64,000 bases of DNA. Origin: Octopus vulgaris. Lineage: Eukaryota. Below, piece by piece: positions 26,064-38,480 of this stretch. The translations under genes and the position numbers were made by a program. The notes beneath the pieces are model-generated. The model made no database searches. It was not told the origin of the DNA and worked only from the letters and a program-made list of their open reading frames with translations. The DNA is taken from NCBI GenBank assembly GCA_951406725.2, contig OX597834.1, positions 18,166,001-18,230,000 on the forward strand, written 5' to 3'. Numbering within the stretch: the stretch's first letter is position 1; each line of letters begins with the position of its first letter.

Positions 26064-26430
26064 TTGGTCGGCCCGGGGCTATAGCAGAAGACACTTGCCC
26101 AAGATGCCACGCAGTGGGAATGAACCCAGAACCATGTGGCTGGTAAGCAAGCCTTGTGAGTGGATTTGGTAGACGGAAACTGAAAGAAGCCCATCGTATA
26201 TATATGCGTGTGTGAGTTTGTGTGTCTGTGTTTGTCCCCCTAGCATTGCTTGACAACCGATGCTGGTGTGTTTATGTCCCCGTTACTTAGCGGTTCAGCA
26301 AAAGAGACCGATAGAATAAGTACTGGGCTTACAAAAGAATAAGTCCCGGGGTCGAGTTGCTCGATTAAAGGCGGTGCTGCAGCATGGCCGCAGTCAAATG
26401 ACTGAAACAAGTAAAAGAGAGTAAAGAGTA
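26064..26430 (+). mobile_element. SINE family A with an inverted 5' head
   Basis: 26064-26150 is the head in reverse orientation, joined to the + body at ...AAGCCTTGTGAGTGG. Confidence 0.85.
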
Positions 26431-27502
26431 ATCATAGTAGAAATGTTCAACTTATTTTTATTTTAATTGGCAGAATTGTGTAAATATTTTTTAAATGAAC
26501 AACAAAATGTTTGGGACATCCTAAAGAGCTTCCTTGTTGTTTCCATCTAAATAATTTTACTCACAAAACTTCAGTTGACTCATCACTATGATATAAAAGC
26601 ATGTCCAAGGTGTCTGCAAAGTAAACATCCTCACTATCAGACCACATTTTTGTTCAATGCAGGAATCTCTATGTAGGTATGTGATTTGCTATAAACGGCA
26701 ACCAGATTTCCCTCAAGTCACAATTTATTGTCTTTGAAGAGAGGGCACATTGGATAATGTGCTCCTAGATACACACATGAGAATAAGATAGGTTGGTCAT
26801 GGCTGTGTGGATAAAAAATTTGCTTGGCAACCATACGGTTTTCGGTTCAGACTGTGTGACTCCTAGGGCAAGTGTTTTCTACTATACTCTCAGGTTAACC
26901 ATTGCCTTATAAAGGAATTTGGTTGACAGAAAACATGCTGAAGCTCATCGTATATCATCTTCATTTAATATCTGTTTTCCATGCTGGCATGGGTTGGACA
27001 GTTTGACAGGAGCTGGCAAGCCAGAAAACTGTACCAGGCTCCAGTTGTCTGTTTTGGCAGGGTTTCCATGGCTTGATGCCCTTCTTAACTGTGTACTGGA
27101 TGCTTTTCACATGATGCCAGTATGCTTGCTTTTTATGTGGTATCAGTATGGGTGTTTCTTATGTGACGCTCGCTTGGGTGTTTTTTATGTGGCACTAGAA
27201 TGGGTGCTTTTTATTTGGTGCTGGCACAGTTGCTTTGTACATGGTGCCAGCAAGGGTGCTTTGTATGTGGCATTGGCATAGGTACTCTTTATGTGGTACC
27301 AGCATGGGTACATTTTACATGGCACCAGTACCCACGGGGTTGCGAAGTGGCTTACAAGACAAGGTCATCTCAGCTGAGAGAGGGAGTGGAACTGAAAGGA
27401 GTGGTTATGGGCCAGGCAAGGGGTTGGAATATGATAGAGGGACAGGCATAGGTGTTTTTCTACAGAGGAGATACTTGGCTATCCCAGTTGGACAAGGAAG
27501 CT

Positions 27503-27541
<39 letters not shown>

Positions 27542-27956
27542 AACTTATTATAGAGAAGATACTTGGCTACCTCAGTAGGAAGCAGGAGAGGGTGGAAGAG
27601 AGAGAAAGGGCGTACCCCTTAGGGAACTATGAGTAGGGGGTTGGAGTTATAAGTAGCACTGAGGAGATAGATGTACCTTAAGAGTGTGAGGGAAGATATT
27701 TAGAGATAGCAATTGTTGTTGGGAGTCACTGGAGGGGCCTGTAGTGGGTGGTGGTGGTTTTTGGAAGGGGATGGTTGTGGGATATGTGTGTGTGTGTGCA
27801 CATGTCTTTCTGCTTGTGCTTTCCACCCCCACCTAACTGCTTGGTATTGGTTTGTTTACTTCCCTTGTAACTTAGCATTTCAGCAAAAGAAACTGATGCA
27901 ATAAGTACTAGATTTAAAAAAAGAAGTACTGGGATTGGCCTATTTAACCAAAACCC

Positions 27957-28354
27957 GGATCTTTTCGGTTTGAACGGCAGTTTTTTTCTAGCGGTGTCAT
28001 ATGAAATTGTCACCCATAATTATGACCCTAGTATCGATCTATTGCATTTCAATCTGTTTTTAGGGTTGGTTAGGGGTGGGGGAAGGGTATCTTTTTTTCT
28101 TCAGAAATGTAAATAAACCCAATCTGTTTCTTAAACGAGGGACGTATTCATACGGCACAGAATGCTTTTTAACTCAATAGACGTCACTGATTGGTTGAAA
28201 TTGCAGAAATTGAAGAAAAAACAACAATAAATATCTTACAAACTATAGAATTTTCTCAATAAAGCCAAGAGAAAAATATGTTTTATAAACACATTCTACA
28301 AGTATACAAAGTTTAAAATTATGTTAAAAACTGCCGTTCAAACCGAAAAGATCC
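27957..28354. mobile_element. Non-autonomous DNA transposon with 29-bp perfect TIRs, inserted in a SINE A tail
   Basis: GGATCTTTTCGGTTTGAACGGCAGTTTTT ... AAAAACTGCCGTTCAAACCGAAAAGATCC; flanks CAAAACCC / CCAAACCC. Confidence 0.85.
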
Positions 28355-28523
28355 CCAAACCCTTCAAGGCAGTGCTCCAGCATGGCTGCTGTCCACTGAT
28401 TGAAACAAGTAAAGGGAAAAAGACATTTCTACGACCTCCAACTTTTGTTTTGCTTCCTCTCCGTATCACAATCGATTTATCCGCCTTTCACGCTGGAAAT
28501 TTTATTACACCAAAAAAAAATCA

Positions 28524-28959
28524 AGAGTGGCTGTGTGGTAAGTAGCTTGCTAACCAACCACATGGTTCCGGGTTCAGTCCCACTGCGTGGCATCTTGGGC
28601 AAGTGTCTTCTGCTATAGCCCCGGGCCGACCAATGCCTTGTGAGTGGATTTGGTAGACAGAAACTGAAAGAAGCCCGTCGTATATATGTATATATATGTA
28701 TGTATGTGTGTGTATATGTTTGTGTGTCTGTGCTTGTCCCCCTAGCATTGCTTGACAACCGATGCTGGTGTGTTTACGTCCCTGTCACTTAGCGGTTCGG
28801 CAAAAAGAGACCGATAGAATAAGTACTGGGCTTACAAAAAGAATAAGTCCCGGGTGGATCGATTTATTTGCTCGACTTAAAGGCAGGTGCTCCAGCATGG
28901 CCGCAGTCAAATGACTGAAACAAGTAAAAGAGAGTAAAAAGAGAGAGAGTAAAAGAGTA
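28524..28959 (+). mobile_element. SINE family A
   Basis: Matches the family A consensus. Confidence 0.88.
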
Positions 28960-29461
28960 ATAATAATAAAAACAATATCAGTCATTTTTCCTTACTGCAT
29001 CATTATTTCTCATTATTATTAGCAATTTTAATGGTTATTGCCTTTTACATTACCTTAATTAGTTATCTACCTGCCTACCTGCTCGCCTGCCTTCAATATC
29101 TCTCAACACACACTTCATCTCATTGCTTGTCTATTTATTATTATCAACACTGCCACCGTCTGTCAATCCGTCCCCCCTCCCCTTCCTTTCCTCCTCCTCC
29201 TCCCTCCCTCTCTGCACCCCTCCCTCTCTCTCTACTTATCTATTGCACTGTCAGCACTGTTATATCCAACCGACTGATTGTTTGCTTTTGACTCAAGTCC
29301 CTTTAATACATACTTATCAATCATCTAAGTGTCTGTCTTGTCATCTCTTTCTGTCTTCCTCTCTCTCTTCTCCTCCTGCGCTTCTCTTATTCTCTGTCTC
29401 TCCTTTTTTTTTCTTTCTCTCTCATGCTGTCTATCAAGCTCTCTATCCGTCTCTCTATTTC

Positions 29462-29632
<171 letters not shown>

Positions 29633-29860
29633 CTCGCGCTCTCGCTCTCTAACCTTTCTCTCTTTCCTATTTTCTTTATCTCTCATGATCTCTCTCTCTC
29701 TCTCTTTCACTCACGTTTTTTGTTTTTCCTTTTCTCTCTATCTCTCTCATGCTCTCTGTTTATCTATTTCCTTTTCTCGTTATGTCACCTCTTCACACAC
29801 ACACGCACACACACACATACACACGTACGCACACACACACACACATACACACACACACGT

Positions 29861-29902
<42 letters not shown>

Positions 29903-30045
29903 GCACACACACACACACATGAACACACATGCATGTATGCTTCCTCCTCCTTTAAATACAATTTTTAAAAAATATATGAAAAGAATGCAAGTTAACTGAA
30001 AAATGACCTTTGAAAAGAAACTTTATCACCATTAGAAGCAGCACC

Positions 30046-30095
<50 letters not shown>

Positions 30096-30683
30096 CACAA
30101 TAGCGTCTGCACACTTGCCACAAGCAATTTCTTATTAAAAGATACTGGGTCCGACAGGGGTGGAAGGAATCTGGAAAATGATTTTTATCTGATTTCCTGT
30201 TCACATTTCATTGCTTGTTAAATTACCTCACACATATTTCTCTTGACATGCTAATTATAATTATATACAGCAAACAGATACATTGCTCCTCATCAACTGT
30301 TAATTAGGAGGCATCTGAGAAATGATTTCTAAACTTTGGCTAATTAATGATTTCATACTTAACTAAACTGTCTTTTTGTTTTGGAAAATGTGGTGGCTTC
30401 TGATTATTATTATTATTATTATTATTATTATTGTTATTATTATTATTATTATTATTATTGAGGCAGTGAGCTGGCAGAATCATTAGCAATGCTGGGCAAA
30501 AGGCTTAGTGGCATTTTGTCTGCCTTTCTGTTTTGAATTGACTGAAATTGGAGCTGGAGCTAAAGCACAGTTTCTTAAAAAGTTTCTTGCTTCTAAGGAG
30601 GCACTTTTTACAAAATAGTGAAAACTAGATATTATATCCTTGTTTTACTAAGCATGTCTGTATGTTTATATATATATATATCG

Positions 30684-31101
30684 TAATCGATCAACATCAA
30701 TGGAATTTGTAGCTGTGATACCAGTGCCGGTGGCATGTAAGAGAACCATATGAACGTGGCCATAGCCAGCACCGCTCTGACTGGCCTCCGTGCAGGTGGC
30801 ACGTAAAAAGCACCATCCGATCGTGGCCGTTGCCAGCCTCGTCTGGTCTCCATGCCGGTGGTACGTAAAAAGCACCATCTGATCGTGGCCGTTTGCCAGA
30901 TTCGTCTGGCACCTGTGCCGGTGGCACGTAAAAAGCACCCACTACACTCATGGAGTGGTTGGCGTTAGGAAGGGCATCCAGCTGTAGAAACACTGCCAGA
31001 TCAGACTGGGCCTGGTGCAGCCTTCTGGCTTCCCAGACCCCAGTTGAACTGTCCAACCCATGCTAGCATGGAAAGCGGACGTTAAACGATGATGATGATG
31101 A
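30684..31101 (+). mobile_element. Repeat family C, long copy
   Basis: Four internal hairpin units, then ...GGACGTTAAACGATGATGATGAT. Confidence 0.85.
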
Positions 31102-31262
31102 TATATATATCAAGTTAGGTTATATTCTGTTAAGAATGTAGTAAAGTACAGTCCACCAACAGTAGTAGTATTATACCTATTGCTAGATTTGCATCACAAT
31201 ATTTATATATCACCTGATGAAACACAAGATCTCACAATGCACGGAAACAGTTACATAACCAA

Positions 31263-31467
31263 ATGCCTGCGAGCCTGGAGAACTACATTGCACGGCATCC
31301 ATCTGGGAGTGTTTTCTCCAGGAAACTGACATTTCCAGATACTGTATCTCGGGACTCGGTGCTGGATATTGGAGATCTGAAAACAGCAATGCAGGACCAT
31401 ATAGTGTGGAATGGGATTGTCAATGGAGTTCCGACCAACCTAAGTTGGTCGAAGGATGATGATGACA
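31263..31467 (+). mobile_element. Short 3' fragment of an RTE-like LINE
   Basis: RKLTFPDTVSRD....DLKTAMQDHIVW running into a (GAT)n tail. Confidence 0.5.
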
Positions 31468-31526
31468 TTGCATAGAAACAATTGTAGTGATTACAAATAA
31501 ATGTTCCTCTGTACATATACATATAC

Positions 31527-31930
31527 AGGCGCAGGAGTGGCTGTGTGGTAAGTAGCTTGTTTACCAACCACATGGTTCCGGGTTCAGTCCCACTGCATGG
31601 CACCTTGGGCAAGTGTCTTCTACTATAGCATCGGGCCGACCAAAGCCTTGTCAGTGGATTTGGTAGACGGAAACTGAAAGAAGCCTGTCGTATATATGTA
31701 TGTATATGTATGTGCATGTATGTTTGTGTGTCTGTGTTTGTCCCCCTAGCATTGCTTGACAACCGATGCTGGTGTGTTTATGTCCCCGTCACTTAGCGGT
31801 TCAGCAAAAGAGACCGATAGAATAAGTACTGGGCTTACAAAGAATAAGTCCTGGGGTCGAGTTGCTCGATTAAGGGCGGTGCACCAGCGTGGCCACAGTC
31901 AAAATGACTGAAACAAGTAAAAAGAGAAAA
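31527..31930 (+). mobile_element. SINE family A
   Basis: Matches the family A consensus. Confidence 0.88.
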
Positions 31931-32266
31931 AGAGATACACACACACACACACAGTTTGTCCCTAAAGTAATGGAGGATTTCAAAATGATTTGTTGATGCA
32001 AATTGCAAAGCTGCACATTTTATATTCATGTTGAATAAGCGACCAACTAATAAAATTTACATACAGTTTACATACAGTTCAGTGTGGCTTCCATTTGTTG
32101 CCTTCGATGCATCTGTGATACTGCAGTCTTATTCAACGTGTATATGAAATGTGTTGCAAATTACATCAATAAATAGTTTTGAAATCCCACCATGACATTG
32201 TTATTGAAAGGAATTGCTAATCCCGCTATTCATTTCATTACATAGAAAAGATAGGAAAGATTCTAT

Positions 32267-32493
32267 TTAACCCTTTAGTATTTAAACCGGCCATATCTGG
32301 CCAAGATAGTTAATCTGTTTTATGTTCAAACTGACCAGATCCAGGCTCTCGCACCTACCCTACAATGTTATTCTACATTAAGTAATTACACCATCAAGAT
32401 CTTGAAGATATGAGATAATGCATGATTAATTCAAATCAATGAGATTCAATAAGCATTATGTTTGATAGAATAATCTGAACACTAAAGGGTTAA
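32267..32493. mobile_element. piggyBac-like MITE family E (others 19435-19662, 63395-63624, 63877-end)
   Basis: TTAA-CCCTTTAGT...ACTAAAGGG-TTAA. Confidence 0.8.
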
Positions 32494-34428
32494 GTAAAGC
32501 TCTAACTAATATTTATTATACCATCATATAATATATTTTTTGATACAAATCCTCCTCTGTTGAACATTCTACACCATAACCCCAATCGTGCTCAGCGTTG
32601 TAAAGATTTTAACCTCAAGAAATTTTCTGATTTGTTTAGTGTTTTTAATAAGGACCATGATGGAGGAGAGAGGAGCACTTGTCATGGTACTCCCAGAGAG
32701 TTGGATGGCTTGGGATCTGTGGGGTTCTTTGGTTGCCCACTGAGTGGTGTTTTCCCACCATTGGAGAATTTTGTTGTTAGAATTTTTTTATTGATTGCCA
32801 TTGATTTTTGTTGTTTATACATTTTTATGTAAATCTTCACTGTCCTTTGTATTGCTCTGAATGTCTTTTTTATTATCATTATTATTATAGTGGCAAGTTG
32901 GCAGAATTATTAACATTTTGTCTGTTTTTATGTTCTGAGTTCAGATTCTGCACAAGTCGACTTTGTCTTTCATCTTCTCAGGGTCAGTAAAATAAGGTAC
33001 CAGTTAAACACTAGGGTCAATGTAATCACTCTTCGCCCCTATACCTATAATAGAAAGGATTCTTATTATGACTGTTAAGATGGCAAGCTGGCAGAATCAT
33101 TAGCATGCTAGACAAAATGCTTCGTGGCATTTCTTTTGGCTTTATGTTCCGAGTTCAAATGCCATTGGGGTCAACCTCTGCCTTTCATCCATTCATGCTT
33201 GATACAATAAGTACCAGTCAAGTACTGGGGTTGATGTAATTGACAGGACCCTTTCCCCAAAATTTCAGGCCTTGTGCCTATGATAGAAAGGATTATTATT
33301 ATTTATATTTTTGCCATTTGTTGAATTCCTGTGTTAAGTGATAATGAGATGAAGTACTTGTATCTCAATGTATATTCACTTTGTAGCATTTTTAATGATT
33401 CATTAACAATAGAAATTCTATCCTCTGTCAAGTTGAGGTCATCCACTTGACTGGTTTATGAAGAGTTTTATTTTAAAAAAATAATATTTACTGAAACACA
33501 TGTAGCACTTAAAACCTATTATGGAAACGATTGTTTTTCTTTTTAAGCACATATTATTACTACTACTTGAGCCACCAAACAAACTTGTATGTTGTTATTT
33601 GACCTGTTAGCAGTAGCAGCCAAATATCTCTAAAATTATTCCTTACTGTTTTAAACAAGCAAGGATATATTGGATGGTGTAGTTGCTTAATGTATAAAAA
33701 ATTTTTAAAAAAAACGGAGGTGGGTGTGTGTGTAAAAAATACTGGATGATTACAGGTGGGTGACCTTTGATTGATTAGGGCTGATTTGGGGCTAAACAAG
33801 AAATAACAACATTAGTATTGAACAGCAGTTATGATGTCAGCATTTTGAGGCTTGGTATGAATCATCATAATACAAGTAACCCTTTTCCAATATTTCAGTC
33901 CTCCATGTCAGCTAACTTTTTCTCAACTACGACTTTAATCTTTATGCTCTCGAATGCTATTGTTTGTTCATGCTGATCTTGAAAAAGAGGAGACAAAGAA
34001 ATTGTCAAATTTATCCTGAACACTCTGTATATCTCAATAATAATCTGCATGTTCATTCACCCATTATACTTTAGTTAGTTAGAGCAGTGAAGGTGGAGTA
34101 TAAGTGAGAGAGAAAGAGAGTGGGAGGAATGTGAGTAGAGAAAAAAGAAGAGGGGAATATAATAATACACTAAAATCAAATGCATCATGTGGTTAATTGA
34201 AGGGAGAGGGGAAGAGCAAGAGAAAAAGACAGTGAGAGAAAAGCGGGGGAAGAAGTGTTAATGATGTGCTGTAGGATGGGGAGGGAAAGGTAAAGAGAAA
34301 GAGATATGTTTAAGATACTATATTTAGCAGAGGGTGATGTTGTGGTGATAAGGTTAAAGAAAGGCATATAGAGATAGATAGGAGAGGCAGTTACATTAAG
34401 AGAGAGAGAGAGGCAGATAGTATCTGTA

Positions 34429-35319
34429 CAGTAATCCCATGCCATATCACGGTTCACCTGTCACACACCCAGTACATTGCAGATTTTTCTGGCTGATATA
34501 TGTAAATTTATATTGAGGACTCCTCACTATATCATGGGTTTCTGTGGCCAATAGATACTTATATTTGTTTAGATTTTAATTATTTCTGTGGTAAAATAAG
34601 CATTTTCCTGCCTAAAAATTAATAAATAAAAATAGAGTACAGTACTGAACTGTATAACACATTAATTAAAATATATTAAAAGAAGATATGTAGTATAGAA
34701 GATATGTAGATGAGTAAACAAGGAATGGCACATACTGTAAGGAAAATGAAACTTGGGAGGCAAGTGAGTGGTATTGTTTTGCATTTATAATAAAATAAAT
34801 ATATACAAATAAGCGTAGGAGTGGCTGTGTGGTAAGTAGCTTGCTTACCAACCACATGGTTCCGGGTACAGTCCCACTGCATGGCACCTTGGGCAAGTGT
34901 CTTCTACTATAGCCTCGAGTCAACCAAAGCCTTGTGAGGGGATTTGGTAGATGGAAACTGAAAGAAGCCCGTCATATATATGTGTATATGTTCATGTGTT
35001 TGCGTTTGTCACCCCAACATCGCTTGACAACCGATGCTGGTGTGTTTACATCCCCGTAACTTAGCGGTTTGGCAAAAGAGACCGATAGAATAAGTACTTG
35101 GCTTACAAAGAATAAGTCCAGGGGTCGATTTGCTTGACTAAAGGCGGTGCCCCAGCATGGCCAGTCACACGACTGAAACAAGTAAAAAGTAAAAAAGTAA
35201 GTAAATTATAAAAATGATAAAAAATATATATACAGTACAGTACTGTTTCTACTTCACAGATTTTCACCTATCACGGGAGGTTTGGGAATGTAGCACCTGC
35301 GATAGTTGAGGGATTACTG
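34429..35319. mobile_element. pogo/Tigger-like non-autonomous element (TA TSD) carrying a nested SINE
   Basis: TA|CAGTAATCCC ... GGGATTACTG|TA. Confidence 0.7.
34812..35200 (+). mobile_element. SINE family A nested in a pogo/Tigger-like element
   Basis: Matches the family A consensus and lies between TIRs at 34429 and 35319. Confidence 0.85.
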
Positions 35320-35850
35320 TATTGTCAGAGTCGAGATACAGTGATAGCGAGAAAAAGTAGATATAAACAAACAACTGAACTGAACAAAGCTTTGTTACTG
35401 AAGACTATAGTGATGATGATGATGGTAGCAGTGGTGGTGTGTTGATAGTGAAAAGAATTTTTCTTTTATTAAACTAAATCTATATTATTCTTCTACCTGT
35501 TTGTTCATACTTTATGCTTAAGTGATGATGATGATGAAGCATACATTGGTGCTTGACATAGTCTTCTGACTTGTCAGCTTCCCTTGAAACATCCTATCCA
35601 TGCCAGCAGAGCATAGGTGGCAGATGTTAAATGATGATCACAGTAAAGCGCATACTCATACACACACACACTCTCTTTCTTTCTCTCTCTCACTCTCACA
35701 CTTTCTCTTACTGCCACTCTCTCATATGATTATCTATTAAATTTGATGCTGACCTTTAGCTGATGATTGTTCATCTCAATCCTTGTTAATCAATCAACAT
35801 GTTTCTACCTTGAATTATTTATTTACCTGTTTATTTCGTTTTGTTTCCAG

Positions 35851-36037
35851 AGATGTCCGAATGTGTATGCATTACATATCATACTGGGGAGGACGGAATC
35901 ACATAGCTTTCGTTGGCGATTCTCGTATAAGGCAGCTCTATTTTGAGTTTATGAAGTTGGTGAGTACAACTGACATACCAGAAAGGAAAGTGCACAACGA
36001 CCTGCATTATGATGATGATCAGATTAGCGCCAGAGTT
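35851..36037 (+). CDS. CASD1: CASD1 exon B with the catalytic GDSR motif: DVRMCMHYISYWGGRNHIAFVGDSRIRQLYFEFMKLVSTTDIPERKVHNDLHYDDDQISARV
   Basis: tttccag| and |gtgagt; 187 nt, phase 2 to 0; HIAFVGDSRIRQL is a hallmark of the CASD1 SGNH/GDSL-like domain (GDS at 35915-35923). Confidence 0.95.
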
Positions 36038-36180
36038 GTGAGTAGCTTCTTTTTTTTCTTCTTTTTATTGTCTTAATTTAATCTTTGATGATATAAATCT
36101 CATATTGGAGTTTGACTGATGAAGATGTCATGGTGCAGGCATAGCTGGGAGGTTAAGAAGCTTGCTTCCCAACTGTATGT

Positions 36181-36409
36181 ATTTCTTTACTACCCACAAG
36201 GGTCTAAACATAGAGGGGACAAACAAGGACAGACAAAGGGATTAAGTTGATTACATCAACCCCAGTGCGTAACTGGTACTTATTTAATCGACTCCGGAAG
36301 GATGAAAAGCAAAGTCGACCTCGGCGGAATTTGAACTCAGAACGTAACGGCAGACGAAATACGGCTAAGCATTTCGCCCGGCATGCTAACGTTCTGCCAG
36401 CTCGCCGCC
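36181..36409 (-). mobile_element. SINE family B inserted into the head of an older family A copy
   Basis: Family A head at 36135-36180 resumes at ~36410. Confidence 0.8.
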
Positions 36410-36951
36410 CTGACTATATGGTCTCAGTTTCAGTTGCACTGTGGTAGGTGTGTTCTACTGTAGCCCTGGGTTGAACAAAGCCTTGTGAGTAGATTTGATA
36501 GATGAGCTCTGAGAGAAACCTGTTGTGATTATGTATGTATCGTTTCGTTTTTCCCTCTCTCTCTTTCGGAGAGGCACTGAGTACCTACACGCACATATAC
36601 ACACACAGCAGTTACTTCCGCCTACCGAATTCAATCACAAAGCTTCGGTCAACTCGGGGCTATAGCTGAAGACACCTGCCCAAAGTGCCACGCAGTGGGA
36701 CTGAACCCGAAACCATGCAGCTTGAAAGCAAGCTCCCTAACCACACAGCCATGCCCGCGCCTGTATGTATGTATGTATTTGTGTGTGGGTGTGTATGTGT
36801 GTAGCCTTGTCTTGTCATAATGGTTGTAAATGAGCATCATCATCATCACACAAAGGAAGTTGAACATTAAGACAACTAAAAAGTGTCTATTCTTCTATCT
36901 TTAAACTGTTGACAGGTTTCTTTACAATATCAATACATAATTTATTTGCAG

Positions 36952-37062
36952 GATTTTCTTTGGCAACCAATGGTTAACACATCGATGTACTATGTATACA
37001 AGTCCTGGCTTATGAGTGGCCCAACTGCACGTCCAAACCTCATTGTTACCGGCAGTGGAACG
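36952..37062 (+). CDS. CASD1: CASD1 exon C: DFLWQPMVNTSMYYVYKSWLMSGPTARPNLIVTGSGT
   Basis: ttgcag| and |gtgagt; 111 nt, phase 0 to 0; DFLW.P.VN and P..IV.G..T motifs. Confidence 0.93.
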
Positions 37063-37333
37063 GTGAGTAATAGAATTTATTCTCTTCCTAATTTTGTACC
37101 TATTTGGTGGTGCTTCTCATTTATGTTTTAGCATTTTAACTAAATAACTAATTAACTTTTCAGTAGTAGGATGGGATCCGAGGGAGATTTAGTTGATATT
37201 TCTAGCAGCCAAGCAACCGTGCAGAGGTTTCCTTGGTTGGCTGAAGCACTCTTAGTAGAGTGGAAAAGAAGATAAATATACTATACAAGAAGAAGAAGAA
37301 CAACAACAGTGTAGCTTTCTCAGTGGAGATGAA

Positions 37334-37531
37334 GATATAGTATAGATATAGATATAGTATAGATATAGATATAGTATAGATATAGATATAGTATATAGTA
37401 TATAGATATAGTATAGATATAGTATATAGATATAGTATATAGATATAGTATAGATATAGTATAGATATAGTATAGATATAGATATAGTATAGATATAGAT
37501 ATAGTATAGCTGTAGTATAGATATAGTATAG
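37334..37531. repeat. Compound (ATATAG/TATAG)n satellite
   Basis: Directly visible. Confidence 0.95.
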
Positions 37532-38195
37532 AACAACGACATCTGGAAGTAGAAAACCAGTGATGTTTTTCTATTTCTTGTTGGCACCACATTGAAATAT
37601 TCACCTTCTACAAGTAGGAGACTTGAAATAACTATAGCTTGGAGTGTGTGAAGAGTGACCTTTTCAGAAACTAACATTCCTCTCCAGACATTACAATATT
37701 GGATTTCTTCAAGACACTGCAATACGTCACACAAACCCAAACTCAAATTCTTATAAAACTATTAGTTACATTGTTTAATCATATAAATTCTTGAAAAGAC
37801 TGTCCCAGCCATTGAATAACACACACACACACACATCCAATTTATCTCCCTCCCTCCCCCTCTCCTTCCCTTCTCTCCCTCCCCTCCTCTCTCTTTCATA
37901 ACACTGCTTCAGTGCAATTGTTTCATTTTTAACACATGATCTTAGATCAAAACCACTGGCCAAACAAACCAGCACAATTCTGAAACTGTTGTTATTCTTC
38001 TTCCCACAAATGATTGAGTGTAATTTTGACTTCATTCATCTCTTTTGTATAATCCTTTACATATTTTCTGATACTTTGTAAAAAAAAATATTGCATATGA
38101 TAGAAAAAAAGCTCTCATAGCACTTTACTTTGTTTGTCTTTATTTAATTATTTTGTGTAATTGTTGTATGAACCTTTTTATTTCTTATTTTCCAG

Positions 38196-38247
38196 TGGAG
38201 TATAAAGCTAAATAATGCTAGTGAACAAGCTCTAAAGAATTTTGAAG
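38196..38247 (+). CDS. CASD1: CASD1 exon D: WSIKLNNASEQALKNFE
   Basis: ttccag| and |gttagt; 52 nt, phase 0 to 1; completes TWSIK..N.S..AL. Confidence 0.9.
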
Positions 38248-38314
38248 GTTAGTCCAACCCTATACTGTATTTCACCTTGCTAGACTTGCTGTCTATACAA
38301 TGTTTGTGTGATAT

Positions 38315-38480
38315 TAGAAGCACTCCGTCGGTTACGACGATGAGGGTTCCGGTTGATCCGATCAACGGAACAGCCTGCTCGTGAAATTAACGTCTAAGTG
38401 GCTGAGCACTCCACAGACACGTGTGTCCTTAATGCAGTTCTCGGGGATATTCAGCGTGACACAGAGAGTGACAAGGCCGG
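38315..38480 (-). mobile_element. Truncated SINE-like insertion flanked by a 48-bp direct repeat
   Basis: Identical 48-mers at 38267-38314 and 38481-38528; terminal hairpin GTTCCGGTTGATCCGATCAACGGAAC; related fragment at ~50142-50195. Confidence 0.8.

Noticed and set aside
30720-30940. Palindromic repeat-spacer pattern resembling a CRISPR array
   Set aside because: Eukaryotic context, no cas genes, and the spacers are shared between dispersed copies; it is an internal module of retroelement family C.
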